Assembly: GCA_002714485.1 (NCBI GenBank)
Contig: PAXM01000019.1
Location: forward strand, 1 to 35,048
Origin: Acidimicrobiaceae bacterium
Lineage (GTDB): Bacteria; Actinomycetota; Acidimicrobiia; Acidimicrobiales; MedAcidi-G1
Direction: 5' to 3'
DNA length: 35,048 nucleotides
The first letter of the stretch is position 1. Every line of letters begins with the position of its first letter. This document shows positions 1 through 9,491 of this stretch, one piece after another. The position numbers and the translations under genes were made by a program. Under the pieces are notes generated by a model, which was not told the DNA's origin, did not search any database, and saw nothing but the letters and a program-made list of their open reading frames with translations.

Positions 1-20
1 CGCAATTCCAAGGCCTTCAT
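1..20 (-). CDS. 5' end of an unidentified gene running off the left edge (MKALEL...)
   Basis: ATG at 20..18 on the minus strand, preceded by AGGGAGGA (33..26) with a 5-nt spacer. Only 6 codons are visible, so no product call. Confidence 0.3.
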
Positions 21-135
21 GAGGTTCCTCCCTTGGTCGCCACCTGTCGTGAATTCACCAGGGGCTTGCAGCAGATCCAGTAAATCGCCCCAACGCCACA
101 CAAAGGTTGCGCCAACGATGAAATGTACCCAGCCG

Positions 136-348
136 TCAGCATTCAGGGAGTTCCGTGTAGACGAGCGGACTCGGCGTGTACAAGGTTCTGGGGTCGAATC
201 GCTCCGGAGCACGGCCATCGGCGAACCCGGCTGGCAGGTCAGTGGCGTTGCCATCCACCTCAGTACGCGAGCACGTCATGGGTGCCATCACAACCCGGTT
301 GGCCAGATCAATGGCGCCAAAGCTAACCGGTTCCAAAAGAGTCGACAC
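136..348 (-). pseudogene. N-terminal remnant of an Old-Yellow-Enzyme / NADH:flavin oxidoreductase gene
   Basis: The first ~30 aa (MSTLLEPVSFGAIDLANRVVMAPMTCSRTEVDG) match the OYE N-terminus pattern (LxNRxVMAPMTxxR). Similarity is then lost and the ORF stops at 70 aa. My translations of the other minus frames downstream did not restore OYE-like sequence. Confidence 0.4.
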
Positions 349-425
349 CCGCTGAATCTAGGTGCGCCGGCCCCGACTACCGTCAGCCCCGCTCACCAAT
401 TCGCAACCCCTACACAGGAGACTTC

Positions 426-1223
426 GTGCCCTTCGCCGCCGTAAACGGCCAGACCATCCACTACCAGGACTCAGTCCCAGAGGCTGGGACCGACGCTGAT
501 GCCATCATCCTCAGCCATGGCTTCGCCATGGGTCATGAGATGTGGGAGCACCAAGTCAGCCCGCTTGTATCCGCCGGCTGGCGGGTTGTCGCCTACGACG
601 AACGGGGTTGGGGCCAGACCAGCTACACCGCCCCTTTCGACTACTGGGATCTGGCCGTCGACGTCCTGAGTCTCATGGACTACCTGGGAATCGAGCGGGC
701 CGTGCTCGGCGGCATGTCACAGGGAGGATTTTTGTCGCTGCGCGCAGCCCTGACCGCCCCTGAGCGAGTGCGGGCTCTGGTTCTGGTCGACTCCGAAGCA
801 GGGGTCTTCTCAGATGAGGGGCGCGCAGGCTTTCAGGCGCTATTCGACGCGGGCATGACCATGGGAATGAGTGGCGAGATGGGTGATGCCCTCCAGATGG
901 CGCTCTTCGGACCTGGCTTCGATGCCAGTTGGTGGAGGGCCAGATGGACGGCCCGGCCACTCGTGCAGTGGACCGACGCCAAAGAATGCCTGTTTGAACG
1001 GGATTCAATCGTGGACAGGATCGGCGAGATCACCTGTCCGGCCATCACGTTCCACGGTGACGTGGACATGGGAATCGATATCGCTGAGGGTCGGGCATTA
1101 GCTGAAGGACTGGGTGGCCCATCGGAATTCGTCGTAGTGCACGGTGCCGGGCACAGCGCCAACCTCGAGAAGCCGGAGGTAGTCAACGCTGCAATGCTGG
1201 CATTCCTCGCTGACCTGGCCTGA
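426..1223 (+). CDS. alpha/beta-fold hydrolase (Ser nucleophile)
   Basis: GTG start 5 nt after AGGAG. HGF oxyanion motif, GMSQGG nucleophile elbow and C-terminal GAGHSANLEKPE His motif. Confidence 0.85.
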   Translation: MPFAAVNGQTIHYQDSVPEAGTDADAIILSHGFAMGHEMWEHQVSPLVSAGWRVVAYDERGWGQTSYTAPFDYWDLAVDVLSLMDYLGIERAVLGGMSQGGFLSLRAALTAPERVRALVLVDSEAGVFSDEGRAGFQALFDAGMTMGMSGEMGDALQMALFGPGFDASWWRARWTARPLVQWTDAKECLFERDSIVDRIGEITCPAITFHGDVDMGIDIAEGRALAEGLGGPSEFVVVHGAGHSANLEKPEVVNAAMLAFLADLA

Positions 1224-1231
1224 GATCTTGC

Positions 1232-1504
1232 TCAGACGCCCAGAACGGGCTTCATGGCGGTGATGACCACCGACTCAAACAGGCCCGCCAGCGCGTATGG
1301 ATCACCAGCGGCGAATGCCTCAGCGGCCGCGCGGTTCTCGGTTTGCACCACGATCAGCGAACCGCACATCGCACCGTCATCGTCAAGCATCGGACCGCCG
1401 AAGGTGATGTCGAATCCGCCCAAGTAGTCAAGGTGGGCAGGCCGAATTTGCGACCGCAGACTGCCCGCGTCTGATCGGTCGATGGCATGGATCACGAAGT
1501 GCAT
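1232..1504 (-). CDS. YciI family protein
   Basis: 90 aa. Shows RPAHLDYL, GGPM and GDPY...AGLFE...KPV, the pattern of E. coli YciI-like proteins. Confidence 0.8.
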   Translation of the reverse strand: MHFVIHAIDRSDAGSLRSQIRPAHLDYLGGFDITFGGPMLDDDGAMCGSLIVVQTENRAAAEAFAAGDPYALAGLFESVVITAMKPVLGV

Positions 1505-1539
1505 GAGGTTCCCCCAAGAGTGTTGGCGCAGCCGTGTTG

Positions 1540-2727
1540 CTAGGGACGAGTGGTTGGAACCTTGCCGGTCTCACCCACCTGCCAGATCAACCAGATCAAC
1601 CCCGCGGCCATGACGGTAGCCAGAACCACGGCAGCGGCGTCCAGCCCCCACCATGTGGCAGCCATGCCGACTAGGAGCGGACCTAGAAACCGACCCATGT
1701 CAGTTAGGAGCGCCACACCCGAGAGGAACGACGCCGTGCCCTTCGACGGTGCCAGGTCGCTGCTGAGAGTGAAGAGCGAACCAGCACTCAGGCCGTTGCC
1801 GAGACCCATTACCAATCCGGCTACTAGTACGCCGCTGGCCGAGTCTGCGGCCAACAGGGAGAGGAAGCCCACAACGAGGAGGCCGTAGGCGGGAACCATG
1901 GCGGCCAAGCGCCCAAACCGGTCCATGACCGACCCGGATAGCGGGAAGAGGGCCAGGTCGGCGGCATAGCCCGCTGCCACCAGTATCCCAATAGTCGATG
2001 GCCGGAGGTCTAGAGCCACCCCTACCAGGGGAAGGAGGACCATTCGCCCCTCCCGTGCGGTCATGGCCGTCATACCGAACAATCCGGCATGCAGGAGGCG
2101 CTGACGATTGGCCCGAAGTACCTCTATGAGGCCGGGTCCAGCGGCACCGATGGGGGCCACTTCCCAACCAGGAGTGCGAGCACCAGGCAGTACTGCAGGA
2201 ATGCCGATCGCCGCACCGAGACCAGCCGCCAGGAAGCTCCACCGGGCACCAGCAAGGTCGACCAATACGCCACCTGCGACCGTCCCCATAAGGACCGAGA
2301 ACCGCAGGGTGCCGCCCATCAGTGACATAGCTCGGCCACGCAGAGCAACTGGGATGCGGCGGGTCAGGTCGGCTTGCCGAGACAACATCACTGCAAGGGA
2401 GCTGCCGCCGAACACGAGGTGGGCCGCTCCGAGCACCAGCGGCCGGGTAGTGGACGCCATAATGGTGGCGGTCACGACCATGGTCCCCAGTGCGGCCACT
2501 CCAACCCGAGCCGGTCCCCAACGATCAGTTGCCCACCCCACTGGCAGAGCAAAGACCGCCGCACCGGCACCTCCGGCACCTGCCACTAGGGCTGCCAACG
2601 CGTAGCCGTGGCCGTCGACCACGAGGACAATAGGTAGGGACACCAGGAGGATGCTCATCCCAAGGCTGGCTGACATCCATGGCCCATAAATCGGCCAGAC
2701 GTATGGCACCAGCGAACGAAAACCCAT
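1540..2727 (-). CDS. MFS transporter
   Basis: 395 aa, uniformly hydrophobic with about 12 predicted helices. Has a DRWGP-type loop motif after TM2. Confidence 0.8.
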   Translation of the reverse strand: MGFRSLVPYVWPIYGPWMSASLGMSILLVSLPIVLVVDGHGYALAALVAGAGGAGAAVFALPVGWATDRWGPARVGVAALGTMVVTATIMASTTRPLVLGAAHLVFGGSSLAVMLSRQADLTRRIPVALRGRAMSLMGGTLRFSVLMGTVAGGVLVDLAGARWSFLAAGLGAAIGIPAVLPGARTPGWEVAPIGAAGPGLIEVLRANRQRLLHAGLFGMTAMTAREGRMVLLPLVGVALDLRPSTIGILVAAGYAADLALFPLSGSVMDRFGRLAAMVPAYGLLVVGFLSLLAADSASGVLVAGLVMGLGNGLSAGSLFTLSSDLAPSKGTASFLSGVALLTDMGRFLGPLLVGMAATWWGLDAAAVVLATVMAAGLIWLIWQVGETGKVPTTRP

Positions 2728-2869
2728 GAGGTCGGCAGGCTAGGTGCCGCCCACTGACAGTCGTGTCACCGGAGCAACCACGACGGCTTTGCATCTAGAT
2801 CACCGCCCACCTCGGCTGGGGGCTCTCGTCAAACCTAGATTCCTGAAACCCCGTCGGATGGAGGATCCA

Positions 2870-3733
2870 ATGCACGAACCCACGCTGTTGATCGATGGCT
2901 TGGACTTCGGCGAAGGCCCGCGCTGGCACGACGGGCGGCTCTGGTACAGCGACTTCCACCAACACAGGGTCTATGCCGTCGATTCGATCGGTAATCGGGA
3001 GGCGATGGTCGAGATGGGCGAGGAGCGTCCCTCCGGGCTCGGTTGGCTCCCCGACGGCGACCTGCTCGTAGTGGCCATGACGGCCCGTCAGGTCTGGCGT
3101 GTCACTGCTGGCCAGATTTCCGTACACACCGACCTAGCCGAGATAGCCACCTGGCACTGCAATGACATGGTAGTGGGAGCCGAGGGTACGGCCTATGTAG
3201 GTAACTTCGGCTTCGACATCGAGACCGATCGCGCCAACCCGGTGGCGGCAGCCTTGGCCATCGTCCAGCCCGATGGCACGGCCACGGCTGGTCCCGCCGG
3301 ACTCGACTTTCCGAATGGAACGGTCATCACCCCGGACGGGGCGACGCTCATCGTGGGCGAGACCTTCGGTTCGCGAATGACCGCCTTTCCGATTCTAAAA
3401 GGTGGCCTCCTAGGCGACCCTCGGGTCTGGGCTGAGGCACCCGGGGTCTATCCGGACGGGTGCTGCCTGGACGAGGCAGGCGGCATCTGGGTCGCCGATG
3501 CGGGCGGCGGTGACGTGATCCGGATCCTTGAGGGCGGTGAGATCACCGACCGCATACCCATGCCGGACCTCGGACGATCCCAGAAGGCCTACGCCTGCAT
3601 GCTGGGCGGTGACGACGGCCGCATCCTCCACTGCATCACCGCACCAGGCGCTAGGGAAATCGACACAGTCGGCGTGGGCGGTGGGGCCATCTGGACAGTG
3701 CGCGTCGAGTATCCACGGGCGGGGCTGCCTTAG
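2870..3733 (+). CDS. SMP-30/gluconolactonase/LRE family protein
   Basis: GEGPRWHDGRLWYSD, PNG and PDG repeats typical of the six-bladed propeller lactonases. I prefer the ATG at 2870 (GGAGGA 4 nt upstream). The ATG at 2858 is an alternative. The 2744 start in the track is an upstream extension. Confidence 0.8.
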   Translation: MHEPTLLIDGLDFGEGPRWHDGRLWYSDFHQHRVYAVDSIGNREAMVEMGEERPSGLGWLPDGDLLVVAMTARQVWRVTAGQISVHTDLAEIATWHCNDMVVGAEGTAYVGNFGFDIETDRANPVAAALAIVQPDGTATAGPAGLDFPNGTVITPDGATLIVGETFGSRMTAFPILKGGLLGDPRVWAEAPGVYPDGCCLDEAGGIWVADAGGGDVIRILEGGEITDRIPMPDLGRSQKAYACMLGGDDGRILHCITAPGAREIDTVGVGGGAIWTVRVEYPRAGLP

Positions 3734-3837
3734 GGACAACCTGACGATGAGTCCCACCCAGCCGAGGATCACTCCATGAGGAGTCACCATTCCGGGTCTC
3801 CATCGGCCGAGTGGCCCGGACCCGATAGGTCATGGCG

Positions 3838-4338
3838 TCAGTCAGAGATGGCCTCGGTTTCGGCTAGGCGCACCAGCGGGATCGTCCGATCGGTCTTCGA
3901 CTGATAATTGGCGTACCAGGCACGGTCGAGCAGCATGGCCGACCATTGGGCGTCTCGGTCCGCCCCCTCGTCGAGTACCTCGTGCTCCGACCAGTACATT
4001 CCTCCCTGAATTCGGACCTTCACGCGCGGATTGGCGTCTCGATCTCGAAGGTTCAGCACCCAGGCTGGATCGTTATGGGCGCCGGCAAAGGAACCGACCA
4101 CGATCCGGTGGCCCTCAGCGTCACGCCAGAACGGCAGGGCCACCTTATGTTCGTTGCCCGACCGGCGACCGATGGTGTGCAGCAGGATGTGGTGCATCCC
4201 TGCCACGCGCCAGACAGCATCGTCGTCAGTCATTTCAAGACCGACGACATGACTCTTGGAGATCTCGATGATCTCATCGTGGGAGGGCGTCTCCCACTCC
4301 ATTTCGACCCGTTGGCTTATTCCCTCGTTCTCGTCCAT
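3838..4338 (-). CDS. deazaflavin(F420)-dependent nitroreductase family protein (DUF385)
   Basis: LLHTIGRRSGNEHKVALPFWRD...HNDPAWVLNL...NPRVKV...YQSKTDRTIPLVRL. I trimmed the start to the ATG at 4338 because the 321-aa track ORF would overlap the divergent sulfatase gene. Confidence 0.8.
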   Translation of the reverse strand: MDENEGISQRVEMEWETPSHDEIIEISKSHVVGLEMTDDDAVWRVAGMHHILLHTIGRRSGNEHKVALPFWRDAEGHRIVVGSFAGAHNDPAWVLNLRDRDANPRVKVRIQGGMYWSEHEVLDEGADRDAQWSAMLLDRAWYANYQSKTDRTIPLVRLAETEAISD

Positions 4339-4422
4339 GGGGCGACCGTAGCGGGACACCCGGACCGGCCCCGATTCGGCAGACGGACGCCTGGCCCACG
4401 ATGATCGACTCGGAGGTTCGAC

Positions 4423-5859
4423 ATGACCCAACGGCCCAACGTCATCCTCATCAACTGCGACGATCTCGGCTGGGGAGACCTGTCGTGTTACGGCTCTGAT
4501 CAGCACCACACTCCGACACTGGACCGCATGGCCGACGAGGGCGCCCGGTTCACCAATTTCTATATGGCCTCGCCGCTCTGCTCGCCGTCGCGGGCTGCCA
4601 TGCTGACCGGCAGCTACCCGTTGAGGGTTGGATTTGGCGGTCGAAGCATTGACAACGCCCCTGTCCTTTTCCCTGGCCAGGCTCAGGGTCTGCACCCTGA
4701 TGAGATCACCATCGCCCGTCTCCTGCAGGAATCGGGGTACGCAACACGCATCGTCGGCAAGTGGCACTGCGGCGATCAACCCGACTTTCTCCCGACTCGC
4801 CACGGCTTCGACGGCTGGTTCGGGCTCCCGTACAGCAACGACATGGGACGACAGGCCTCTCCGGAAATGGTCGGTCCGTACAGGGAGACGATGGCGGCAC
4901 TCGGTACGCCAGTGCCCAAGGACGCGCCAATGCTGGCGGAACGACCGCCACTACCCCTCATGCTCGACGAGGAAGTGGTGGCCGAGCAGCCCGACCAAGC
5001 GGCCCTGACTGAACGTTACGTGGCCGACGCAGTGCAGTTCCTCCGCCACAATCGGGACCGTCCGTTCTTTCTGTACCTGGCCCACCTGTACGTGCACTTG
5101 CCTATCTACGTTCAGGATCGGTTCGTACGGACATCCTCAAATGGTCGGTACGGGGCCGCTGTGCACTGCATCGACTGGTCGACCGCGGTCCTACTACGTG
5201 AGCTGGAATCTTTGGGGCTTGACCACGACACCGTCGTGGTCTTCACGAGCGACAACGGTGCGCTGATCCGCGATGGGGGCGGCAGTAACGGGCCCCTGCG
5301 TGCGGCTAAAGGCACCACGTGGGAAGGCGGCCAGCGGGTGCCCTGCATCGTGCGCTGGCCCGGCCGAGTTTCGGCTGGGCGAATCATCGAGGACGTCGTC
5401 AACGCCATGGACCTCTACCCGACCATCGCTGGCTGGTGCGAGGTTGACGTTCCTGACGATCGGACGCTTGACGGCCGGGATCTGGGCAGCCTGCTGTATG
5501 GCGGCGATGGCCCTGACGAGGCACCATTTTTCTACATGCTGGGCGGCAACGTGGAGGCGGTCCGGTTGGGCCGCTGGAAGCTCCATGTTCGCAAGTGGAA
5601 CGAGGAGCGGGTCCGGCTCTATGACCTAGTGCACGACATCGGCGAACGCCACGACCTCGTCGATGAACACCCCGAAGTGGTGGCTGAGTTGCTGACCTTG
5701 ATCAGCGCGGCTCGTTCAGAGTTTGGTGACGACGCCAGCGAAATAGCTGGCAGCGGCGTCCGCCCGGTCGGCCGGGTATCGGACCCGATCACCCTGACTA
5801 CCTTCGACGAGGACGCCCCGTACTACATGGCCGAATACGACCTTCCCGAGCGGGGCTAG
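4423..5859 (+). CDS. formylglycine-dependent (Cys-type) sulfatase, no signal peptide
   Basis: NCDDLGWGD metal site, CSPSRAAMLTG FGly motif, GKWH and SDNG motifs. GGAGG lies upstream of the ATG. Confidence 0.9.
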   Translation: MTQRPNVILINCDDLGWGDLSCYGSDQHHTPTLDRMADEGARFTNFYMASPLCSPSRAAMLTGSYPLRVGFGGRSIDNAPVLFPGQAQGLHPDEITIARLLQESGYATRIVGKWHCGDQPDFLPTRHGFDGWFGLPYSNDMGRQASPEMVGPYRETMAALGTPVPKDAPMLAERPPLPLMLDEEVVAEQPDQAALTERYVADAVQFLRHNRDRPFFLYLAHLYVHLPIYVQDRFVRTSSNGRYGAAVHCIDWSTAVLLRELESLGLDHDTVVVFTSDNGALIRDGGGSNGPLRAAKGTTWEGGQRVPCIVRWPGRVSAGRIIEDVVNAMDLYPTIAGWCEVDVPDDRTLDGRDLGSLLYGGDGPDEAPFFYMLGGNVEAVRLGRWKLHVRKWNEERVRLYDLVHDIGERHDLVDEHPEVVAELLTLISAARSEFGDDASEIAGSGVRPVGRVSDPITLTTFDEDAPYYMAEYDLPERG

Positions 5860-5904
5860 AGGTTCGCCAACTGTTCTCGTAGCGAGAGGAGAGGAATTAA
5901 TCCG

Positions 5905-6666
5905 ATGACCATCGCATTCGTACACGGCAACCCTGAGACCGACGCCATCTGGGACGACTTGGTTGAAGAACTCGCTGGCAGCGGCGCAGCCGACATGGTC
6001 CTACTCGAACCACCCGGCTTTGGTGCTCCGATCCCTGAGGGCTGGGGCGCGACCCGAGAGGAGTATCGAGACTGGCTGGTCGACCAGATTATCCGTCTCA
6101 ACCCCCGCGGGCCGGTCGACGTCGTGGGGCACGACTGGGGAGCGGGTCATGTCTTCGGTCTTCTCCAGGCTCGGCCCGACCTGGTGAGATCATGGGCGTG
6201 CGACTGCATCGGTCTCATCCACCCGGACTACGTCTGGCATGACATGGCGCAACTCTGGCAGACGCCTGAAATCGGCGAGGAGATCGTGTTGGGCATGCGG
6301 GCAGCGTCCCGGGAGGAGACGATCGCCATGATGACGGCGGCTGGCATGGGTCCCGTCGCTGCGGCCGATGTTGCCGACTCGCTGGACGGGATCGCCGACT
6401 GCATTCTGCCGCTGTATCGGTCCGGAGCCCAGCCAGCGGTATCGGATCTCGGGTTGGCCCTGTCCTCCATGGACCTCCCCCCGGGGCTGGCCATAGATCC
6501 GTCAGAGGATCCTTACGTTGGACCGGCCGGCCGCGCCGCCGAGATGGCTCTACGCCTTGGAGCTCACCACGTACCGCTGAATGGGGCTGGCCACTGGTGG
6601 ATGTGTGAACGGCCAGCTGAGGCGGCGGTGGTTCTTGCAGAGTTCTGGGCCAGCCTCGACGCCTGA
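5905..6666 (+). CDS. alpha/beta-fold hydrolase with Asp nucleophile (epoxide-hydrolase / dehalogenase-like)
   Basis: HGNP oxyanion motif, VVGHDWGAG nucleophile elbow and C-terminal GAGHWW His. GAGAGGAGAGG RBS. Confidence 0.75.
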   Translation: MTIAFVHGNPETDAIWDDLVEELAGSGAADMVLLEPPGFGAPIPEGWGATREEYRDWLVDQIIRLNPRGPVDVVGHDWGAGHVFGLLQARPDLVRSWACDCIGLIHPDYVWHDMAQLWQTPEIGEEIVLGMRAASREETIAMMTAAGMGPVAAADVADSLDGIADCILPLYRSGAQPAVSDLGLALSSMDLPPGLAIDPSEDPYVGPAGRAAEMALRLGAHHVPLNGAGHWWMCERPAEAAVVLAEFWASLDA

Positions 6667-6753
6667 AGGTTGTTCCGCTGAGGGCCACGGGCGCCGCGCG
6701 TTGGCCCCGGCAGGCGTCGAGGGCGATGATGGCCGGGATCGACCCCGGTCTGA

Positions 6754-7848
6754 ATGGAGTACGCCATGCAGGGACTCATCCAAGAAGGCGACGGAGAAGA
6801 ATACGTCCGCCTCTCCGACGACCTTGAACACGCTGCACCCCTCGAACCCCGGCAGGTCCGGGTGGAAGTCATGGCCGCCGGGGTGTGTGGCAGCGACCTG
6901 AGTTGCATTCACGGCAAGTACTACATGCCAACGCCGCTGGTCCCTGGTCACGAGGCGGCTGGTGTCGTGGCCGAGGTTGGAGACGCAGTGACCTACTGTC
7001 AGGTTGGAGATCATGTCGTCCTGTCGACCTTCGGCAACTGTGGTCACTGCGCGACGTGTGAGGACGGTGAACCCGGCAACTGTGGTTTCGGAGGGCTGCG
7101 TTACACCCACACCGAGGGTGAGCAGGCGCTATGGGGCTTCGCCAACCTGGGGGCCTTCGCTCAGGAGACCATCGTGCACGAGAACCAGGCCGTGCCCATT
7201 CCGAAGGAGGTACCCCTCCCTTCAGCCGCCCTCATCGGATGTGGTGTCATGACGGGTGCCGGTGCGGTGTTCAATCGCGCTCGTGTGGGTATCGGCGACA
7301 GCTGTGTGGTCATCGGCGCCGGTGGCGTCGGTCTGAACGTCATTCAGGCAGCCTCGCTGGCCGGTGCCTCGCAGGTAATTGCTGTGGATCGTGCGGCATC
7401 CAAGGAACGGATGGCTCTCGAGTTTGGTGCTACCGACTTCCTACTGGCCGACGGCGACGACTTCGACTCGGTGGCTGCCGTCCAGCAACTCAGCGGTGGC
7501 GGAGTAGACCACTCATTTGAAGTGGTGGGATCCACCAAGCTGCTAGCTGACTGCCTGCCTATGACGAAGGCAGGTGGCAACATCTGCGCAGTGGGCGTAC
7601 CGGACCTGACGGCTACGGTCACCTATCCGTTCCAGGCCCTTCACCAAAACAAGAGCCTGCTTGGAATCCGGGCCGGTGGCGGCAAGCCTCGCAGAGACTT
7701 CCGGCTCATCGCCGACCTCTACCTGAAAGGCCGGTTTAAGCTCGACGAATTGGTGTCTCACACGGCCGGTCTAGACGGCCTCCAGGGAGCGTTCGAGGCC
7801 CTGAAGGCTGGTGCCGAGGCGCGAACCGTGCTGCTCCCCAACGGCTGA
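6754..7848 (+). CDS. zinc-dependent alcohol dehydrogenase (MDR family)
   Basis: GVCGSDL, GHEAAG, structural Zn motif CGHCATCEDGEPGNC and VIGAGGVG Rossmann motif. An alternative ATG at 6766 has GGAG 6 nt upstream. Confidence 0.85.
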   Translation: MEYAMQGLIQEGDGEEYVRLSDDLEHAAPLEPRQVRVEVMAAGVCGSDLSCIHGKYYMPTPLVPGHEAAGVVAEVGDAVTYCQVGDHVVLSTFGNCGHCATCEDGEPGNCGFGGLRYTHTEGEQALWGFANLGAFAQETIVHENQAVPIPKEVPLPSAALIGCGVMTGAGAVFNRARVGIGDSCVVIGAGGVGLNVIQAASLAGASQVIAVDRAASKERMALEFGATDFLLADGDDFDSVAAVQQLSGGGVDHSFEVVGSTKLLADCLPMTKAGGNICAVGVPDLTATVTYPFQALHQNKSLLGIRAGGGKPRRDFRLIADLYLKGRFKLDELVSHTAGLDGLQGAFEALKAGAEARTVLLPNG

Positions 7849-7891
7849 ATTGGCCAGTCGCCCAACACTTCGACGCGTTCAGGAGGCCTCC

Positions 7892-8671
7892 ATGGCCAGA
7901 ATCGATCTCAACGGAAGTTCCTCACTTGTGACCGGCGGCGCCTCGGGTATTGGCGAGGCCAGCGCCCGGCAGTTGGCATCTGCCGGAAGCCGGGTCGTTA
8001 TTGCCGACCTGAATGAGGAACGCGGCCAGGCCGTTGCCTCAGAACTGGGTGGCCTGTTCGTAAGGTGCGACGTGACCAGTGTCGAGGATGCGGATACCGC
8101 CGTGGCCGCTGCTTCGGAGATGGGCCCGCTACGGGCACTCGTCAACTCGGCTGGTCTCGGGCATCCGGGTCGGACCATCAACCGGGACAACGAACCAATG
8201 GAGTTGAAGCACTTCGAGTTCGTTATCCGGGTCAACCTGATCGGCTCATTCAACGTACTGAGTCGGGCCGCCGGTGCGATGGCTAAGACCGAGCCGCTGG
8301 ACGACGACGGGCAACGTGGTGCCGTGGTCAACATGGCCTCGGTTGCTGCCTTCGACGGTCAGATAGGTCAGGCCGCCTACTCGGCCTCCAAGGGGGGCAT
8401 CGTCGGAATGACCCTCCCCGTGGCGCGGGACCTTTCTGCGGTCGGCGTGCGGGTCAACACCATCGCCCCTGGCCTGATCGACACCCCGATCTACGGAGAA
8501 GGTGAGCAGAGCGATGCGTTCAAAGCTCATCTTGGCCAATCGGTCCTGTACCCGAGGCGTCTGGGATCAGGCGAGGAACTGGCCTTCATGGTCATGGAAC
8601 TCCTCACTAACCCGTATATGAATGCCGAAGTCATCCGGGTCGACGGCGGCATCCGGATGCCACCAAAGTAG
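7892..8671 (+). CDS. short-chain dehydrogenase/reductase, 3-hydroxyacyl-CoA dehydrogenase-like
   Basis: TGGASGIGEA cofactor motif and YSASKGG catalytic motif. ATG at 7892 lies 5 nt after AGGAGG. The track start 7811 overlaps the ADH gene. Confidence 0.85.
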   Translation: MARIDLNGSSSLVTGGASGIGEASARQLASAGSRVVIADLNEERGQAVASELGGLFVRCDVTSVEDADTAVAAASEMGPLRALVNSAGLGHPGRTINRDNEPMELKHFEFVIRVNLIGSFNVLSRAAGAMAKTEPLDDDGQRGAVVNMASVAAFDGQIGQAAYSASKGGIVGMTLPVARDLSAVGVRVNTIAPGLIDTPIYGEGEQSDAFKAHLGQSVLYPRRLGSGEELAFMVMELLTNPYMNAEVIRVDGGIRMPPK

Positions 8672-8678
8672 GAGCGAC

Positions 8679-9455
8679 ATGAGCCACGAGACCACCACCC
8701 CGGACCCTCCGGCCGTCCTGACCGAGCGCAGAGACCGAGTTCTGGTCATCACGCTGAACCGCCCCGAGGCGATGAATGCCATCAATGGCCCCCTATCCCA
8801 CGGGCTGTGGGCGGCGGTCGGCGAACTCAATGCAGATCCAGAGTTAACGGCCGGTGTGCTCACCGGCGCTGGAAAGGGCTTCTGTTCCGGCATGGACCTC
8901 AAGGCGTTCGCTCGCGGTGAGGACATCGGTCCGATGCTGGAGTACGTCAGCAAGGGTGCCGATAAACCCCTAATCGGCGCCATCGAGGGATTCGCCCTGG
9001 CTGGCGGCCTCGAGTTGGCTCTGACATGTGACCTGCTGGTAGCCGCAGAGGGAGCAAAGCTCGGTATCCCTGAGGTCGGCGTCGGCCTCTTCGCCGCCGG
9101 TGCCGGATTGTTCCGTCTACCTTCGCGCGTGGGCTATGCCAAGGCTATGGAGATGGCTGTTACCGGCGATCCGATTACCGCACAGGAGGCAGCGGATCGC
9201 GGCCTCGTTTCCCGAGTCACCGCTGTCGGCGGTGCGCTAGACGAGGCGATCGCGTTGGCCGAACGAATCGCCCAGAACGCACCGCTCGCCGTGGCGGCAT
9301 CCAAGGCCCTGATCCGCGCCACGCAGGGCGCCACCGAGGAGGAGTTGTGGGCCGCCCAGCAACCCCTCTTGAAAACGGTCTGGGCCTCTCAGGACGCTAA
9401 GGAGGGCCCGCGTGCGTTTGCCGAGAAGCGTGCCCCCGAGTGGACGGGAACCTGA
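8679..9455 (+). CDS. enoyl-CoA hydratase/isomerase (crotonase) family
   Basis: GKGFCSGMDLK, GFALAGGLELALTCD and EGPRAFAEKR. I chose the ATG at 8679, just after the SDR stop. Confidence 0.85.
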   Translation: MSHETTTPDPPAVLTERRDRVLVITLNRPEAMNAINGPLSHGLWAAVGELNADPELTAGVLTGAGKGFCSGMDLKAFARGEDIGPMLEYVSKGADKPLIGAIEGFALAGGLELALTCDLLVAAEGAKLGIPEVGVGLFAAGAGLFRLPSRVGYAKAMEMAVTGDPITAQEAADRGLVSRVTAVGGALDEAIALAERIAQNAPLAVAASKALIRATQGATEEELWAAQQPLLKTVWASQDAKEGPRAFAEKRAPEWTGT

Positions 9456-9491
9456 TCGGAAATCTGGGTCCTATTCGACCCCTGAGGCCAA

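Noticed and set aside
1700-2521. Long overlapping or antisense ORFs in the track. Examples: 1700..2521, 2108..2605, 12078..12560, 14254..14730, 19100..19645, 20050..20637, 25713..26267, 29798..30352, 30359..31042, 31936..32436, 32548..33099.
   Set aside because: They lie inside or opposite genes with clear family motifs. They are rich in Arg, Pro, Ser and Ala, as expected for off-frame translation of GC-rich DNA, and they show no recognisable motifs. I treat them as shadow ORFs.
3790-3830. Possible bidirectional terminator between the convergent lactonase and DUF385 genes (CGGGTC...GACCCG).
   Set aside because: The stem is 6 bp with a ~20-nt loop and no flanking T/A tracts. This is not convincing as an intrinsic terminator.
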